This document shows positions 38,526 through 48,940 of a stretch of 64,000 nt of DNA, piece after piece. The notes below the pieces were generated by a model that was not told the DNA's origin, made no database searches, and saw only the letters and a program-made list of their open reading frames with translations. The position numbers and the translations under genes are program-made. The DNA comes from a virus. Taxonomy: Duplodnaviria > Caudoviricetes. How positions within the stretch are numbered: the stretch's first letter is position 1; each line of letters begins with the position of its first letter. Where the stretch lies: positions 64,001-128,000 of IMG/VR virus record IMGVR_UViG_3300037067_013660, one strand, 5' to 3'.

Positions 38526-39506
38526 ATGCCGAAAGTCTCCAACATATTTAGCAGCTCGCTAGAGGCGATGGACAACCCATACGCCCCCGCACCACAGTCT
38601 CGTTTGATCGATCAAATACAGGCACGTGCCAAGGCCAGGATCGCGGAAGCCGGCGAGCGTCAAATACATCAACGCGACGCCATGCATCCACGCGACGCCA
38701 TGATCGTGACGACGACGCATTGGGAGCACCAAGGCAAGTTCATCACGTTGTGGGCCAACCCGTCCGATATGCAGTGGAGCTTGCCGCGACGCGGCACAGC
38801 CGTCAAGACGATGGGCGGGACGGTACGGAACGTGTGGCGGAACCGTTACAAGGGCACGTACTACGACGAGGGCACCGTCAACATCACGTTTCAGTCGGGC
38901 AACATTATGCCGGGCGCCGCCTACACGAACGCGGAGATCCGAGACGTCGACACCGCGATAAATGCTCGTAACAATCCACGTCCGCCGCACGGACTACAGA
39001 ACTTCTACGATTTTCTTGCCATGTTGAACGACCCCATGCTGTTGGGTGCGGGCGAGAATTTCCACCATATTTTCTGTCGTACTCGTGTGTTTCCCGACCT
39101 GCACCTCGAAGGTTATTTCCAAGAGGACACCCTTACGATGGGCGAGCGATCGAGCGAAGGCAACTCGATCACGTGGTCCGCGACATTCCAGATCTATAAG
39201 TCGACGCCAAAGCTCTGGAGTTCCGTCGGCCTGACGGCAGCGTACGAAGGCGTACACAAGCAAAACGCCGAAGAGACCATCGGTGCCCAGTGGATCAAGA
39301 ACATCGAGGACAAACAAATGTCCGACGCGTTCGCCGCTGGAATTCCCGCCATTAAGCCCAAGACCATCACGTCCTCCCCTACCAACAACAAGATCATCAG
39401 CGATGCGGCCAAGAACCTGAAGGTACAGACGGGACAAACTGACGCGAACGCGGGTCCGATCCTCAAAAATCCTATGCTGCGCGAAGTAATGGGACAGAAC
39501 GGCTAG
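38526..39506 (+). CDS. Putative baseplate/tube-initiator protein
   Basis: LWANPSDMQWS...KTMGG...ITFQS...EGYF...ITWSATF is a tube-fold pattern. Confidence 0.5.
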   Translation: MPKVSNIFSSSLEAMDNPYAPAPQSRLIDQIQARAKARIAEAGERQIHQRDAMHPRDAMIVTTTHWEHQGKFITLWANPSDMQWSLPRRGTAVKTMGGTVRNVWRNRYKGTYYDEGTVNITFQSGNIMPGAAYTNAEIRDVDTAINARNNPRPPHGLQNFYDFLAMLNDPMLLGAGENFHHIFCRTRVFPDLHLEGYFQEDTLTMGERSSEGNSITWSATFQIYKSTPKLWSSVGLTAAYEGVHKQNAEETIGAQWIKNIEDKQMSDAFAAGIPAIKPKTITSSPTNNKIISDAAKNLKVQTGQTDANAGPILKNPMLREVMGQNG

Positions 39507-40411
39507 AACGCGAACCGCATCGCCGTCTTGGCGCCCAGGAGGTCGGCGGACTGGTCGTTCTGTGATGGGCGGGGTGTGCGCGTCAGGGCAAAGCGGGCGA
39601 GTCGTATGGGCGTGTCGTTGATGCGCTGCTTTGTCTCCTCGATCTGATCGATGGCCGTGCGCTTGGCGTCGGCCAGTTTCTTGAGCTTCAGGGTCCTGAG
39701 CCGAATCGACGTCGTGAGCCTCTCGGCCGACAGTTTACGCAGCTCGTCTTCTACGTCCCGCTCTGGTCCCAGAACTTCCGCGATCTTCGTTTCGATCTTC
39801 GTCAGATCCTTTTCCGCCTTGTTGATGGACCGCGCCTTCTGCCTCGCTTCCTTCACGGCCTCGTCCACCAGAAATCCCACGCGCTCGGGCAGAATTTCGG
39901 TGAAGCCCTGCATTCTCTGCACGACCTCTCGGATGCTCTTGGGGTCAAGGTCGCGGTACGCCTTTTCCAGTGCCGCGAGTCCTTCACGGAGGTCGTCGAG
40001 CACAGTTTCGAGCGCCTGGATGTTGTCGCCCTTGATCTCGAAAACCAGCAGTGTGAAGCCGATGCGTGTGTGCTTGCTGTCGGCGTTGAACTCGTCGATC
40101 TGCCGTTTCCACTCGTCACGGAACAGCGCGACCTCTTCCTTGCGGTCCACCGACGCCACGATCCCGACGGGCGTGTGGCGCCCGAGCTTGCTGGCCGCGT
40201 ACTTGCACGAGGACTGAAGCTTGGTGGCGGCCTGGTACTCCGTTTCGTCGTCCAGCACCTTCTTGGTCGTCCACGTGGCCTTGAGGGTGCCGTTGGTGCG
40301 GTCCTCTTGAATGTCCTCTCGCGTGTAGGACTGGCCGCCTGTGCGCGACACGTCCAGCGCGACCAGCAGGCAGGGCCGGAGATCCTGTACTGTGATGGGT
40401 TGCGTCGTCAT
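39503..40411 (-). CDS. Hypothetical protein (DUF3150-like partner of the AAA ATPase)
   Basis: AGGAG ribosome-binding site; follows the AAA gene; helical C-terminal half. Confidence 0.55.
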   Translation of the reverse strand: MTTQPITVQDLRPCLLVALDVSRTGGQSYTREDIQEDRTNGTLKATWTTKKVLDDETEYQAATKLQSSCKYAASKLGRHTPVGIVASVDRKEEVALFRDEWKRQIDEFNADSKHTRIGFTLLVFEIKGDNIQALETVLDDLREGLAALEKAYRDLDPKSIREVVQRMQGFTEILPERVGFLVDEAVKEARQKARSINKAEKDLTKIETKIAEVLGPERDVEDELRKLSAERLTTSIRLRTLKLKKLADAKRTAIDQIEETKQRINDTPIRLARFALTRTPRPSQNDQSADLLGAKTAMRFAF

Positions 40412-40423
40412 GGTGGTGCTCCT

Positions 40424-41989
40424 TTACTTTCGGCCGATTCGGCGAACCCGCTGACTCAGCGGTGTAGGGGTGGCGGTTGTGGTGTTGTCTGCGTTGGCCT
40501 TGATGGCGGCGTCGCGCCACTTCGTCAGACCCTCGGACATCGCGAACGTGTCGTTCACTTTCGTGACGTTTTTCAGTTCGTCGGTGACGTCCTTGGTCGT
40601 CATGTCGCGCTCTTCCAGCATGGCGGTGAGTGCCGCTTCCTCGAAGCACGCCTCGATCTCGGCACCCGTGCAGTTCTCAGACGCCGCCACGATGGCGTTG
40701 GTATCGACGTTCCCAGCTTTGGGGTAGCGGGTACGAAACACTTCCGCGATGCTCTGACGCTCCGCTGTCGTCGGGATGTCGAACCACATGGTAGCGTCGA
40801 AGCGACCGGCCCGCGTGAACTCGGGCGGCAGTAGGTCCATCCGGTTGCCCGCCAAATATACGAAGACCTGAGCGGTCTTTTCCTGCATCCAGGTCAGGAA
40901 GGAGCCGAACACGCGTTCGCCCGTGCCGCCGTCGGTCGCGCCACCTGCGCCAACTCCTGAAAATGCCTTTTCCACTTCGTCCACCCACAAAATGCACGGA
41001 GCGATGGCCTCAGCGACCAAAATTGCTGAAGTAAAACTCTGATCGCTCTGGCCCTGGTACATGCCTCTGGTGGCCCCGACGTCGAGGCGCAGCAGTACCA
41101 TGCCCCACTCGCTCGCCAGCGCCTTCGCGAACGCCGACTTCGCACAGCCGGGTTTTCCGCCCGCCACCAAGCCCTTGGGAGGACGAACGCCGTAGCGGGC
41201 ACGACGCTCCTCGTCGAATGCCACGACCCGCTTCCTCGCCCACGCTTTCACGGGCTCCAGTCCGCCCAGTGCGTCGAAGCCTCGGGGGTCGGGGTCGATC
41301 CACGTGATGCCCTGGGCACTCACCAGTTCTTTTTTGAATGACCTGATGACGTCGGCGTCCACGCGGTTGGTCCGCGACACCGACTCACTGATGGCGTTGG
41401 ACGCCTGGTAGGCCGGGAGACCCGCCAGAGCGTTGAGGAGCTTTTCTCGGTCGTGACTCGCCTGCGTCGTGGTGGCCGGCAACGTCTCCAGGATGGCGTC
41501 CAAGATGGCGCCCATCTCTTTGCGGTCCGGCAGTTCTAACGCCAACTTTTGCATCGACACCGGAAGCTCCGGGTCGGCTTGGTCACAGATGATCAACTGC
41601 ACGACCGCTCCGTCACCCTCGATCATCTGCTGGCCGAGCGTAATGTCCTTTAGCAACCGTGCGATCATCGGGAGGCTAGGCAAGCGGTTCGCCATCGTGA
41701 AGAAGTCGAACGCCAGGATCAAAGAAGGACCCGCGTCCCATTCTTTGATCTTGAGCAGGAGCTTTTGCGGGTCCATGATACCGGCCAGCTCCTTGACCTG
41801 CAGGTCGTTGTATTCGCAGCCCGCGATGGGCTGGATACCCTCGCTGTAGGTCCAGCGCAGGAAATTGTATCCCGCGTTGGACGCGACCTGCTGGCACTTC
41901 GTTTCCAACCGAACCTCGTCGTCCTCGCGGACGTGGATCACGCCCGAGGACGCCGACATCTTGGCCTGGAGTTCTTGGATAAACATCAT
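40424..41989 (-). CDS. Ycf46-like AAA+ ATPase
   Basis: GGLEPVKAW, GKPGCAKS, ILWVDEVEKAF, LPPEFTRAGRFD, TGAEIE. Confidence 0.88.
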   Translation of the reverse strand: MMFIQELQAKMSASSGVIHVREDDEVRLETKCQQVASNAGYNFLRWTYSEGIQPIAGCEYNDLQVKELAGIMDPQKLLLKIKEWDAGPSLILAFDFFTMANRLPSLPMIARLLKDITLGQQMIEGDGAVVQLIICDQADPELPVSMQKLALELPDRKEMGAILDAILETLPATTTQASHDREKLLNALAGLPAYQASNAISESVSRTNRVDADVIRSFKKELVSAQGITWIDPDPRGFDALGGLEPVKAWARKRVVAFDEERRARYGVRPPKGLVAGGKPGCAKSAFAKALASEWGMVLLRLDVGATRGMYQGQSDQSFTSAILVAEAIAPCILWVDEVEKAFSGVGAGGATDGGTGERVFGSFLTWMQEKTAQVFVYLAGNRMDLLPPEFTRAGRFDATMWFDIPTTAERQSIAEVFRTRYPKAGNVDTNAIVAASENCTGAEIEACFEEAALTAMLEERDMTTKDVTDELKNVTKVNDTFAMSEGLTKWRDAAIKANADNTTTATPTPLSQRVRRIGRK

Positions 41990-41995
41990 GTCCTC

Positions 41996-42313
41996 CTAAT
42001 GCTTGTGCCCGTGAGCGTGGGCATGCTGGTGGGCGACGGTAAAATTTCGCTCCTGCACGCCCGCGTGAGCGGCAGCGAGTTGAAACTCCAGGGAACCACG
42101 TTGCGCCAGGGCATCGAGGACACACAGGTCACCCATGCCCTTGGGCGTGACGGAACCGCCGACGATGCGGGCGACACCCGTGATGGGATCCACTTCGATG
42201 CTGGCGGTCCCCATGCCCAACTCCTGCTCCAGCCGCGTCAGATCATCGTTGCGCTGCTGGTTCAGGATATCCTCTGGGGAGGGCTGCCGGACATAGACAT
42301 AATCACAGGCCAT
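41996..42313 (-). CDS. Small protein with His-rich tail, first gene of the AAA cassette
   Basis: MACD...HQHAHAHGHKH. Confidence 0.65.
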   Translation of the reverse strand: MACDYVYVRQPSPEDILNQQRNDDLTRLEQELGMGTASIEVDPITGVARIVGGSVTPKGMGDLCVLDALAQRGSLEFQLAAAHAGVQERNFTVAHQHAHAHGHKH

Positions 42314-42344
42314 TGGTTTTGCTTTCGTGGCTGTTTGTAATTCC

Positions 42345-42373
42345 GTTGTACCAAACGGCGCTCCGAGTGTCAA
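42345..42373 (-). promoter_or_regulatory. Sigma70-type early promoter TTGACA-17-TACAAC
   Basis: GTATTGACA context is shared with the sites at 44001, 44737 and 62041. Confidence 0.6.
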
Positions 42374-42515
42374 TACATTTTTCAGGTAACAGAAAAATAT
42401 ATTTCTGCATTACCCCGTAATTATGCGAAACAACTAGGTTTTTCGGAAATGAAAAAGAAGTGGACACAGGAGAAGCGGAAGGTTGTGCCCCTAGTCAACG
42501 CGGAGTTTGTCGTTT

Positions 42516-42896
42516 CTACTCGTCGTCATCTAGGAAAATGTCGGCGTCGAGGTCGGGCCAGTGGAGCCACGGTGACGTCGGATCCGGTGCCGTGACGTTG
42601 CGGAGTTCTGCGGCGGCGTCCTGCACCTCCACGTCTGTGACGTTCCTTCCCCTCGCCTTTTCTTCGACATCTGGTTCGATCCAGAAGGCCGCGATAAAGA
42701 CTTTGTGGTCGTTCCTTACCTTACCCTCATAGACGTGGACGTGCGGACGTTTGGGTAAGCCGCCGCCTCCCGTCGATATTTCGCTCTCGAAGCGGATGGT
42801 GTAGCGCCCGGTGTAGCGAACGAGCGGGAAGGCTACGCGGTGTTGCAGCATCGCTAATCCGCCGAGACGTTCTCGGTCTTGCGCCACGCCCGCCAC
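42516..42896 (-). CDS. Hypothetical protein (start probably near 42852)
   Basis: Contains PHVHV, possibly DUF4160-like. Confidence 0.5.
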   Translation of the reverse strand: MAGVAQDRERLGGLAMLQHRVAFPLVRYTGRYTIRFESEISTGGGGLPKRPHVHVYEGKVRNDHKVFIAAFWIEPDVEEKARGRNVTDVEVQDAAAELRNVTAPDPTSPWLHWPDLDADIFLDDDE

Positions 42897-43957
42897 CGCA
42901 ACGACAAGTCACCGTCGCGGTCCAGCACGGCCCAGAAGGTGCGGCTCTTGGGCTTCTCCTTGAAGGACACACCCCACGCGGCATTGGGTGCCCACGAGGG
43001 CGTCGGCATCGTGGCGATGTATTTGCCCGCCAGGTAGTCGAGGATCTGGTTGTCCTTCAGGGTTTCGAGGATCGCGTGCTTCCAGAACGCGAACTCGCTG
43101 GCGCGCGTATGGAAGCGGAGCTGTGTGATCAACTGGTCGATCCTACTGAGCAGCAGGCCGATCTCCTCCAGCGCTTCCTTGGTCGTGGGGTACGGGGTGT
43201 AGTCGCCCGTGAGCTTGATGCCGTCGACCACGAAATTGCAGGCCCAGACCTCGATCTGCGTCTCGGCCCCAACCTTCTCCGACTTGGGCCACACCTTCTG
43301 CTGCTCGTCCTCGCGGTCGCTGTAGAGCCGCTTGCGCTCGGCCTTCAAGAAACGCTGCTGGTCGGCCAACCGCTCGATCGCGACCTTGGCGAGCAAGTAG
43401 GGACGCGAGTAGATGGAGGTCCAGCGGTTCGGGTGGACTAGGTACTCGAACGCCACCTTGTTGGTGTCGGCGAACAGGCGCTTCTCCTCGTCGGTGTGGG
43501 GCAGGATTTCGACTTCCTTCCACCCGTCGTGCCAGGTACCATCGAGGTCCTGCAGCATGAAGTTGTGCGGCGCCCCTACGCTGCTGGTCGTGATGACGTT
43601 GGCGTCCTCGACCAGTACGTTAAACGACCAGACTTCCTTGTTGGACGTGAGGCGCATGAGGCGGCCGTGGCGGTTTTCCTTGCTGACCACCACCTCGCCT
43701 TCCTTGCGGGTCGCGGCCCTGCGGGTCTTGTAGACGGGCAACGTCACGACGGCCCTGCGGTCAGCCAACGCCGACAGGAAAGCCGCCAGATCCAAACTGG
43801 TGGTCCACTTCCCGTCCTCGTCTTGGTATGCGGTTCCGCTCTTGCGGGTCGCCAAGTCATACTTCCAGGTGTCCGCGATCCTGCCGACGCAGGCGCGGAC
43901 GTCCTCGGTGCGGTCCAACAGTCGAGACAACTCGCTCAGAAACTCTTCCTTCTTCAT
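42854..43957 (-). CDS. Hypothetical protein
   Basis: 367 aa, AAGGAGG ribosome-binding site, own promoter. Confidence 0.75.
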   Translation of the reverse strand: MKKEEFLSELSRLLDRTEDVRACVGRIADTWKYDLATRKSGTAYQDEDGKWTTSLDLAAFLSALADRRAVVTLPVYKTRRAATRKEGEVVVSKENRHGRLMRLTSNKEVWSFNVLVEDANVITTSSVGAPHNFMLQDLDGTWHDGWKEVEILPHTDEEKRLFADTNKVAFEYLVHPNRWTSIYSRPYLLAKVAIERLADQQRFLKAERKRLYSDREDEQQKVWPKSEKVGAETQIEVWACNFVVDGIKLTGDYTPYPTTKEALEEIGLLLSRIDQLITQLRFHTRASEFAFWKHAILETLKDNQILDYLAGKYIATMPTPSWAPNAAWGVSFKEKPKSRTFWAVLDRDGDLSLRWRAWRKTENVSAD

Positions 43958-43977
43958 GGTATGCCTCCTTGTTCTCG

Positions 43978-44006
43978 TTTGTACGCAAAATCGTTCCGAT
44001 TGTCAA
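43978..44006 (-). promoter_or_regulatory. Sigma70-type early promoter TTGACA-17-TACAAA
   Basis: Consensus -35 with 17-nt spacer. Confidence 0.55.
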
Positions 44007-44010
44007 TACA

Positions 44011-44700
44011 TTATTTTTCTGTCGCGGCCAACAGGCTGGCCCACACGACAAAACTGTTGAAACTACGGTAGAATCGTGGCGCCGTAGTAAAAACGTCCTC
44101 GATTAGATCTGGCGGCATCGGTAGTGCATGGCTTTGGATCTTAGCGGTCGGAAGGTTGCGGGTGGTGCTGCGCCATAAACCACGAGGCAACAGTAACGTA
44201 CGGGCCTCGACGTTGTCGTCGATTTGCCCGAGTAGCCGTTCTACCGCTTCGACACAGAACAATGGAATGTCTTGCGTCACGCCCTGAATGATCTTTTCGA
44301 TTTGCCTGGGCATCTGTACCCGCACGGCCCTGGGTACCGTTTGTTCCACGTCAATTTCGTCGGGCGGTGCCGTCAGCGACATACCCCACAATAATAGACG
44401 GGTGGTTGGCTGCCACAGGCGTGTCGCCACGTCCGTGACGATGTCGAGGGCTTTGGGCAAGGCCCGAATCGTCACCATGGCGCTGCCGTCGTCCGCTTCT
44501 AGCGCACAGCGGCCCGCTGGGATGCGCAATGATTTTATTTTGGCACCGTGACGAAATGCCGCGACTAAGCGGTGGGCACTCCGCAGTATATGGTCAGTTT
44601 GATTTTTCGCTGCATCGCGGTGTACCGCGTCCAGTGATGCTGTCCGCAGGACCGTAGGCATACGAAACGAAATTGAAGCCGTTGCTTTGGCCGTCACCAT
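44011..44700 (-). CDS. Hypothetical protein
   Basis: GGAGGT ribosome-binding site before ATG 44700; TTGACA-17-CATCCT at 44714-44742. Confidence 0.55.
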   Translation of the reverse strand: MVTAKATASISFRMPTVLRTASLDAVHRDAAKNQTDHILRSAHRLVAAFRHGAKIKSLRIPAGRCALEADDGSAMVTIRALPKALDIVTDVATRLWQPTTRLLLWGMSLTAPPDEIDVEQTVPRAVRVQMPRQIEKIIQGVTQDIPLFCVEAVERLLGQIDDNVEARTLLLPRGLWRSTTRNLPTAKIQSHALPMPPDLIEDVFTTAPRFYRSFNSFVVWASLLAATEK

Positions 44701-44777
44701 GACCTCCATCAATAGGATGACGCAAATCACCCAGATTGTCAATACGGGTTTTACAACGGAACTGAGGTGGGGACCAG

Positions 44778-45329
44778 CTACTTCGTAAAATCGGCTGCGT
44801 AGGGCGAAGCGGGTTCTGGCGTGGTCACGACGGTGGTCTTGCCGTACAGTTCTGATTTACCGGCGCCTTGTTTCGTCGTCGCGACGACCACGTGGTTGGC
44901 CAGGACGGTCAAGACGTACCTATATAATCCCGTACCGATCGCCAGGGTTTTGAGGCGGTGGTGCAGCCACGTCGGTACTTCCAACGACATTTTGACGACG
45001 TCGTCGGTTTGATCGATTCCTGCCTCTGGGATCTCAGCGCTGCGCACGTGGGTAGTGCGGGCCTGCACGATGATGCCGGCGAGTTTTTTCATGCGCTCTT
45101 GTCGTGCCGGTTGGTTCGGTAGGTACTGTTCGATGATGTCGTGGGCTTCACCGGCACGGCGCGCGTAGAGTTTCTGTGCGATGCTGTGGACGGCCGAGTG
45201 ACACGACGCGCACAGGACACAACGATTCTCTGGTACGTCGGGACCACCATACGCGGTCGGGTGTTTGTGGTGGACCTCTAACGCTTGTTTGGGCAGGTGG
45301 ACGTCGTCGTGGATCAGGCACGTAGGCAT
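44778..45329 (-). CDS. HNH endonuclease with possible C-terminal ribbon-helix-helix
   Basis: LEVHHKHP..YGGPD..ENRCVLCASCHSAVH, MSLEVPTWLHHRLKTLA. Confidence 0.75.
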   Translation of the reverse strand: MPTCLIHDDVHLPKQALEVHHKHPTAYGGPDVPENRCVLCASCHSAVHSIAQKLYARRAGEAHDIIEQYLPNQPARQERMKKLAGIIVQARTTHVRSAEIPEAGIDQTDDVVKMSLEVPTWLHHRLKTLAIGTGLYRYVLTVLANHVVVATTKQGAGKSELYGKTTVVTTPEPASPYAADFTK

Positions 45330-45556
45330 CAGAGGATCTCGATCAAGCTGGCGCGTGCCAGGTCTTCCAAGTTGGACCACTGCAGCATCATGGCGTCCGT
45401 GAGTTTCGGGGCCAGCTCCTCGGTCGCGTAACTGCGCAGCACGAGGGTTTGGCGTTTATTACTGCGATCTCGGTACCACACCATTACCTCGCCGGTCGTC
45501 TTGTTCCTGACCTTTACGTTCGTCGCCATCATGGCGCGCTTCAATTTCTTGGACAT
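45329..45556 (-). CDS. Small hypothetical protein
   Basis: 75 aa with AGGAG ribosome-binding site. Confidence 0.6.
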   Translation of the reverse strand: MSKKLKRAMMATNVKVRNKTTGEVMVWYRDRSNKRQTLVLRSYATEELAPKLTDAMMLQWSNLEDLARASLIEIL

Positions 45557-45565
45557 TGGTTTCTC

Positions 45566-48403
45566 CTATCGTCCGTGGTCGTCTTTGGACCGTTGTTTTG
45601 CCAATCCGTCGTTCATCTTGGAGAGGTTCATCTTCAGCTTTACGGGCAACGTGAGCGTCACTTCGCCTTTGGCGTTGGGTTCCGCCAATGATCCTGATAC
45701 GCTCTGACTTTCTAAGTCGCTGGTCGCGGCACCGATGAGCAGACGACGTGCTTCTTCTACGGGTGATCTTTCTTCTAAGAACTTACTGGTTCTTAATTTA
45801 TCTGAATCGTCGAACGACATACGACTTCTGTCGCCCTCGCCCAGCTTTTCACCGTGGAGTCTGTAGTATAGTTCGGCGATCCGCTCCTTCGACATGCCCT
45901 CTACTTTGGCCTTGCCCTTTGCGTCGTAGCCATATTCACTGCGCTTCACAGTGTAGCGCATGGCCTGCTCGCTCGCGGCCTTGAAGACGTCGTCCGTACC
46001 GGCACCTATTTTAGCGCGGTCTTCTGGTGACATCGACTCCATTAGGCGTGCGATGGCTTGGGGTACCTGATCACCAGAGCGAATCAAGTGCTCTCTTAGT
46101 TGTGGTGCGCCTTCGCCCAGGTTGCCCGTCATCAACTGTTTGGCGTATTCCTCTGGGTTCGCGGCCGTGATGCCCTGCTGCGCCATTATTTGCATGCGTT
46201 TCAGCAGGGTTTTGTGGATGTGCTGCTGCGATTCAAAGCCAGCCTCGCCTTCGGCTGCACGCTGACGATCCATTCGTCCGCCCAACGCTTGTTCCCGTTT
46301 GTCGCGTTCTCGCTTCATTATGCGTAGGCGTTGTTTTTGTTCCTCTGACAAAACGTCGCTCAGGTTTTCCAGGTGTTCGATTTCTTTTTCCAACGACTTG
46401 ATGACCTTCTTGCGCTTATCCTTTTCCTCCCACGTCATCTTGTCCATGATGGCGGCGGTTTCCTTGCCGTGTGCAATGCTCGACGTTAAGTAGTCCGTAT
46501 AACTCTCGAACGTACCTTTCAGCGCATCTCCAGAATCCTCTACCAACTTGACGGCCGCCGCATCCAGTGCTTTGGACCCGTAGTAAGACGCAGCAAACGT
46601 GGCACCCAGTATGCCTCCTTTACCAATCATCGGTAATGCGCGGCTACCCAAGGCCAGCGCCTTGGATCCTAGACCGCCGCCTGCCGCCAACGGACTACTT
46701 GGGCCGAGTGTTAGGCCCGACATTAGAGACTGACGTACTGCATGTGGTGCGACCTGTGCGCCCGCCACGTTGATCAAACCGCCACCGCCCGTCGTCAACG
46801 CTTTGGTCGCGGCCGACGTCGCGAGTCCGCCCGCTATTCTCTTTATTATGGTACCACCCAAAGAACCGAGCAATTGACCACCCATCAGCATGTAGGGAAA
46901 TTTGGTCGCCAGAAACTCCAGATACTTTACACCTTCGTCTACCAGCGCGACCATTTTGTAGTCTAGGTCTTTGGGTGTCGCCCCGGCTTTGACCATATCT
47001 TCAAAACCTTTTCTCCATAATTGAGTTTGTTCTTCTCGTTCACCCGAAGCCCCCGCCTCAGCTTCTTTTTCAAACGCCAACGCGGCTTCACCGTTTTTGA
47101 TTTGTTTCGTCAGGACACTAGATATGAAGCCGCCAGACTGTGTCACTGTCTTTACTAATTCTAAGTTCAATTCGCCAGTAGTGGAGTCTTTCATACCGTG
47201 CATTATACGAGCATTAAACGAAGCCGAGCCCTTCATCGCACTCATGACCGCTTCCATCTTTTGTGGCTCTGGTGCGTCTTTGAAGGTTTCTCGCACTATT
47301 TCCATGCGCTTGCGTTCGTGTTCATTTTTGAAATTGGACAAGTCGTCCCACTGCGAGATCATTTGTTCTGCCGCTTTTATTCCGAAAACAGCAAGCTTTC
47401 CGCCCATTGTAGACGACTCACTCAGCACCTTTTTCATGGCCTCGGCAGATTCCCGCTGCTCATTAACGGACAACCCACCTTCCTTGCCCTTCACCAACAG
47501 GTCTTTCAATGCAGCGGAATAAGCGGCGGCGTCGTAGGCGCCGGTGCGCAGTTCCTTGCCGACGTCCTGCACCATCTTGAGGAACTCGTTTTTCCCTACG
47601 TTGCCGGTCTTGAGGAACTGGTCCCCCATCTTCGCCAGTTCCTTGGCGTACTTGTCGGCCGTGTAGGTCACGGCGATCAGTTCTTTGCGTGACTGATCGA
47701 GCGTCATGGTGGTTTGTTGCATACGGTCGTTCCACACGTCCATGATTTCCGACATCTCGACGCCAAGGTAGCGGCCCAGCACCAGGGCGTCGCGTTGCAT
47801 CCCCTTCATCGCGCCCGACATATCACCCGACGCCGCGATCTGCGTGGCGAACCGGGCGTTCAGGTCGTCAACCGCTTTCTTCAGCGTGGCGGTCTCGACG
47901 CGAAACTCTCCCGCGACCTTCGACGCGTTGGCGTAGGAGTGGTGAACTGCGTTGACGTACTGCTGCGACTTTTCCATCGCGCGGGCCGTATCGCCCGTCG
48001 TCGCGACCAACGATTTGGTAAACGCCTCCTGCCCCTTCCGCATGTACATGAGCTTGTCGGCGTAGACCTTGGAGATGGAGCCGAGCCGCATCATCTCGCC
48101 GGCAAACCCTTTGACCGACTGTTTGGCGTCGTCGTACTGACCCCGCAGGCTAAACAGTTGCTTGCCCCAGTCCTTCGCGGCCTTGGCGTCCTCTAGCAAT
48201 ACGTCGCGGAACTTCTCGTGCTCCTTCCTCGCTTTAGCCGAGAGGCGCCCGTAGTGCTCCAGCGCACCGGAGGATTCCCGATACGCTGCCGCCATTTGGC
48301 GCACCGCTTCGGTCAGTGCTTTGGAATCGTCAGCAGTACGTTGATCCTCCCCCATGCCCGTGGAAGAACCAACCCCACCAAATCCACCGGTGCCTTCAGC
48401 CAT
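45566..48403 (-). CDS. Tail tape measure protein
   Basis: 945 aa, helical and Ala/Gly-rich with hydrophobic patches; follows the chaperone pair. Confidence 0.7.
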   Translation of the reverse strand: MAEGTGGFGGVGSSTGMGEDQRTADDSKALTEAVRQMAAAYRESSGALEHYGRLSAKARKEHEKFRDVLLEDAKAAKDWGKQLFSLRGQYDDAKQSVKGFAGEMMRLGSISKVYADKLMYMRKGQEAFTKSLVATTGDTARAMEKSQQYVNAVHHSYANASKVAGEFRVETATLKKAVDDLNARFATQIAASGDMSGAMKGMQRDALVLGRYLGVEMSEIMDVWNDRMQQTTMTLDQSRKELIAVTYTADKYAKELAKMGDQFLKTGNVGKNEFLKMVQDVGKELRTGAYDAAAYSAALKDLLVKGKEGGLSVNEQRESAEAMKKVLSESSTMGGKLAVFGIKAAEQMISQWDDLSNFKNEHERKRMEIVRETFKDAPEPQKMEAVMSAMKGSASFNARIMHGMKDSTTGELNLELVKTVTQSGGFISSVLTKQIKNGEAALAFEKEAEAGASGEREEQTQLWRKGFEDMVKAGATPKDLDYKMVALVDEGVKYLEFLATKFPYMLMGGQLLGSLGGTIIKRIAGGLATSAATKALTTGGGGLINVAGAQVAPHAVRQSLMSGLTLGPSSPLAAGGGLGSKALALGSRALPMIGKGGILGATFAASYYGSKALDAAAVKLVEDSGDALKGTFESYTDYLTSSIAHGKETAAIMDKMTWEEKDKRKKVIKSLEKEIEHLENLSDVLSEEQKQRLRIMKRERDKREQALGGRMDRQRAAEGEAGFESQQHIHKTLLKRMQIMAQQGITAANPEEYAKQLMTGNLGEGAPQLREHLIRSGDQVPQAIARLMESMSPEDRAKIGAGTDDVFKAASEQAMRYTVKRSEYGYDAKGKAKVEGMSKERIAELYYRLHGEKLGEGDRSRMSFDDSDKLRTSKFLEERSPVEEARRLLIGAATSDLESQSVSGSLAEPNAKGEVTLTLPVKLKMNLSKMNDGLAKQRSKDDHGR

Positions 48404-48412
48404 TGGTGTTTC

Positions 48413-48940
48413 CTAGCGTTTCCTACCGAGTGACACGTTGTCTCGTACTGCGTAAAAGTTACGTGGGATCAAACCAGTGAACATGCTGGCCAAGTTGATG
48501 AAGTCCTGGCGCTTCATCTCGTAACCTTCTACGACTTCGTCCTTGTCTTCCTCTTGGTACCAACCGGGTGCCGAGATGCCGCCTGCACTACCGAAGGTAT
48601 CGCGAATGAAATCCTGCAGCTTGGGCTGCATGATCAAGGCCAGCGGCACCAGCAGGTCTTTGCGCGGTCCCTTGGGTCGTTTGGTCCCGACCTTCGGGTT
48701 CATCATGGCGTCGACGGTATCGCGGGTCCAGTAGACGCCCAGGATTTCGCCCAGCTTCTGGAACGACAATTCCTCTATGTTCTGCTGTGCACTGGCGGCA
48801 AACAGTAACGCCGAGGAATTCTCGTACAATTTTTTCGCCTCGTCGCTGATGGGCGACAGGCGTAAGTACGCTACGGTGCGGCCCCAGAGGGCGAGGTAGC
48901 TGTCTCCGTCGAAGACGTCGGAGACAACTTTAGGAAAGGG
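48413..48940 (-). CDS. Tail assembly chaperone, -1 frameshift extension (GT-like)
   Basis: The -1 frame opens after TGA TAG just upstream of C CCT TTC (48934-48940) and runs to 48413. Confidence 0.7.
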   Translation of the reverse strand, partial: PFPKVVSDVFDGDSYLALWGRTVAYLRLSPISDEAKKLYENSSALLFAASAQQNIEELSFQKLGEILGVYWTRDTVDAMMNPKVGTKRPKGPRKDLLVPLALIMQPKLQDFIRDTFGSAGGISAPGWYQEEDKDEVVEGYEMKRQDFINLASMFTGLIPRNFYAVRDNVSLGRKR

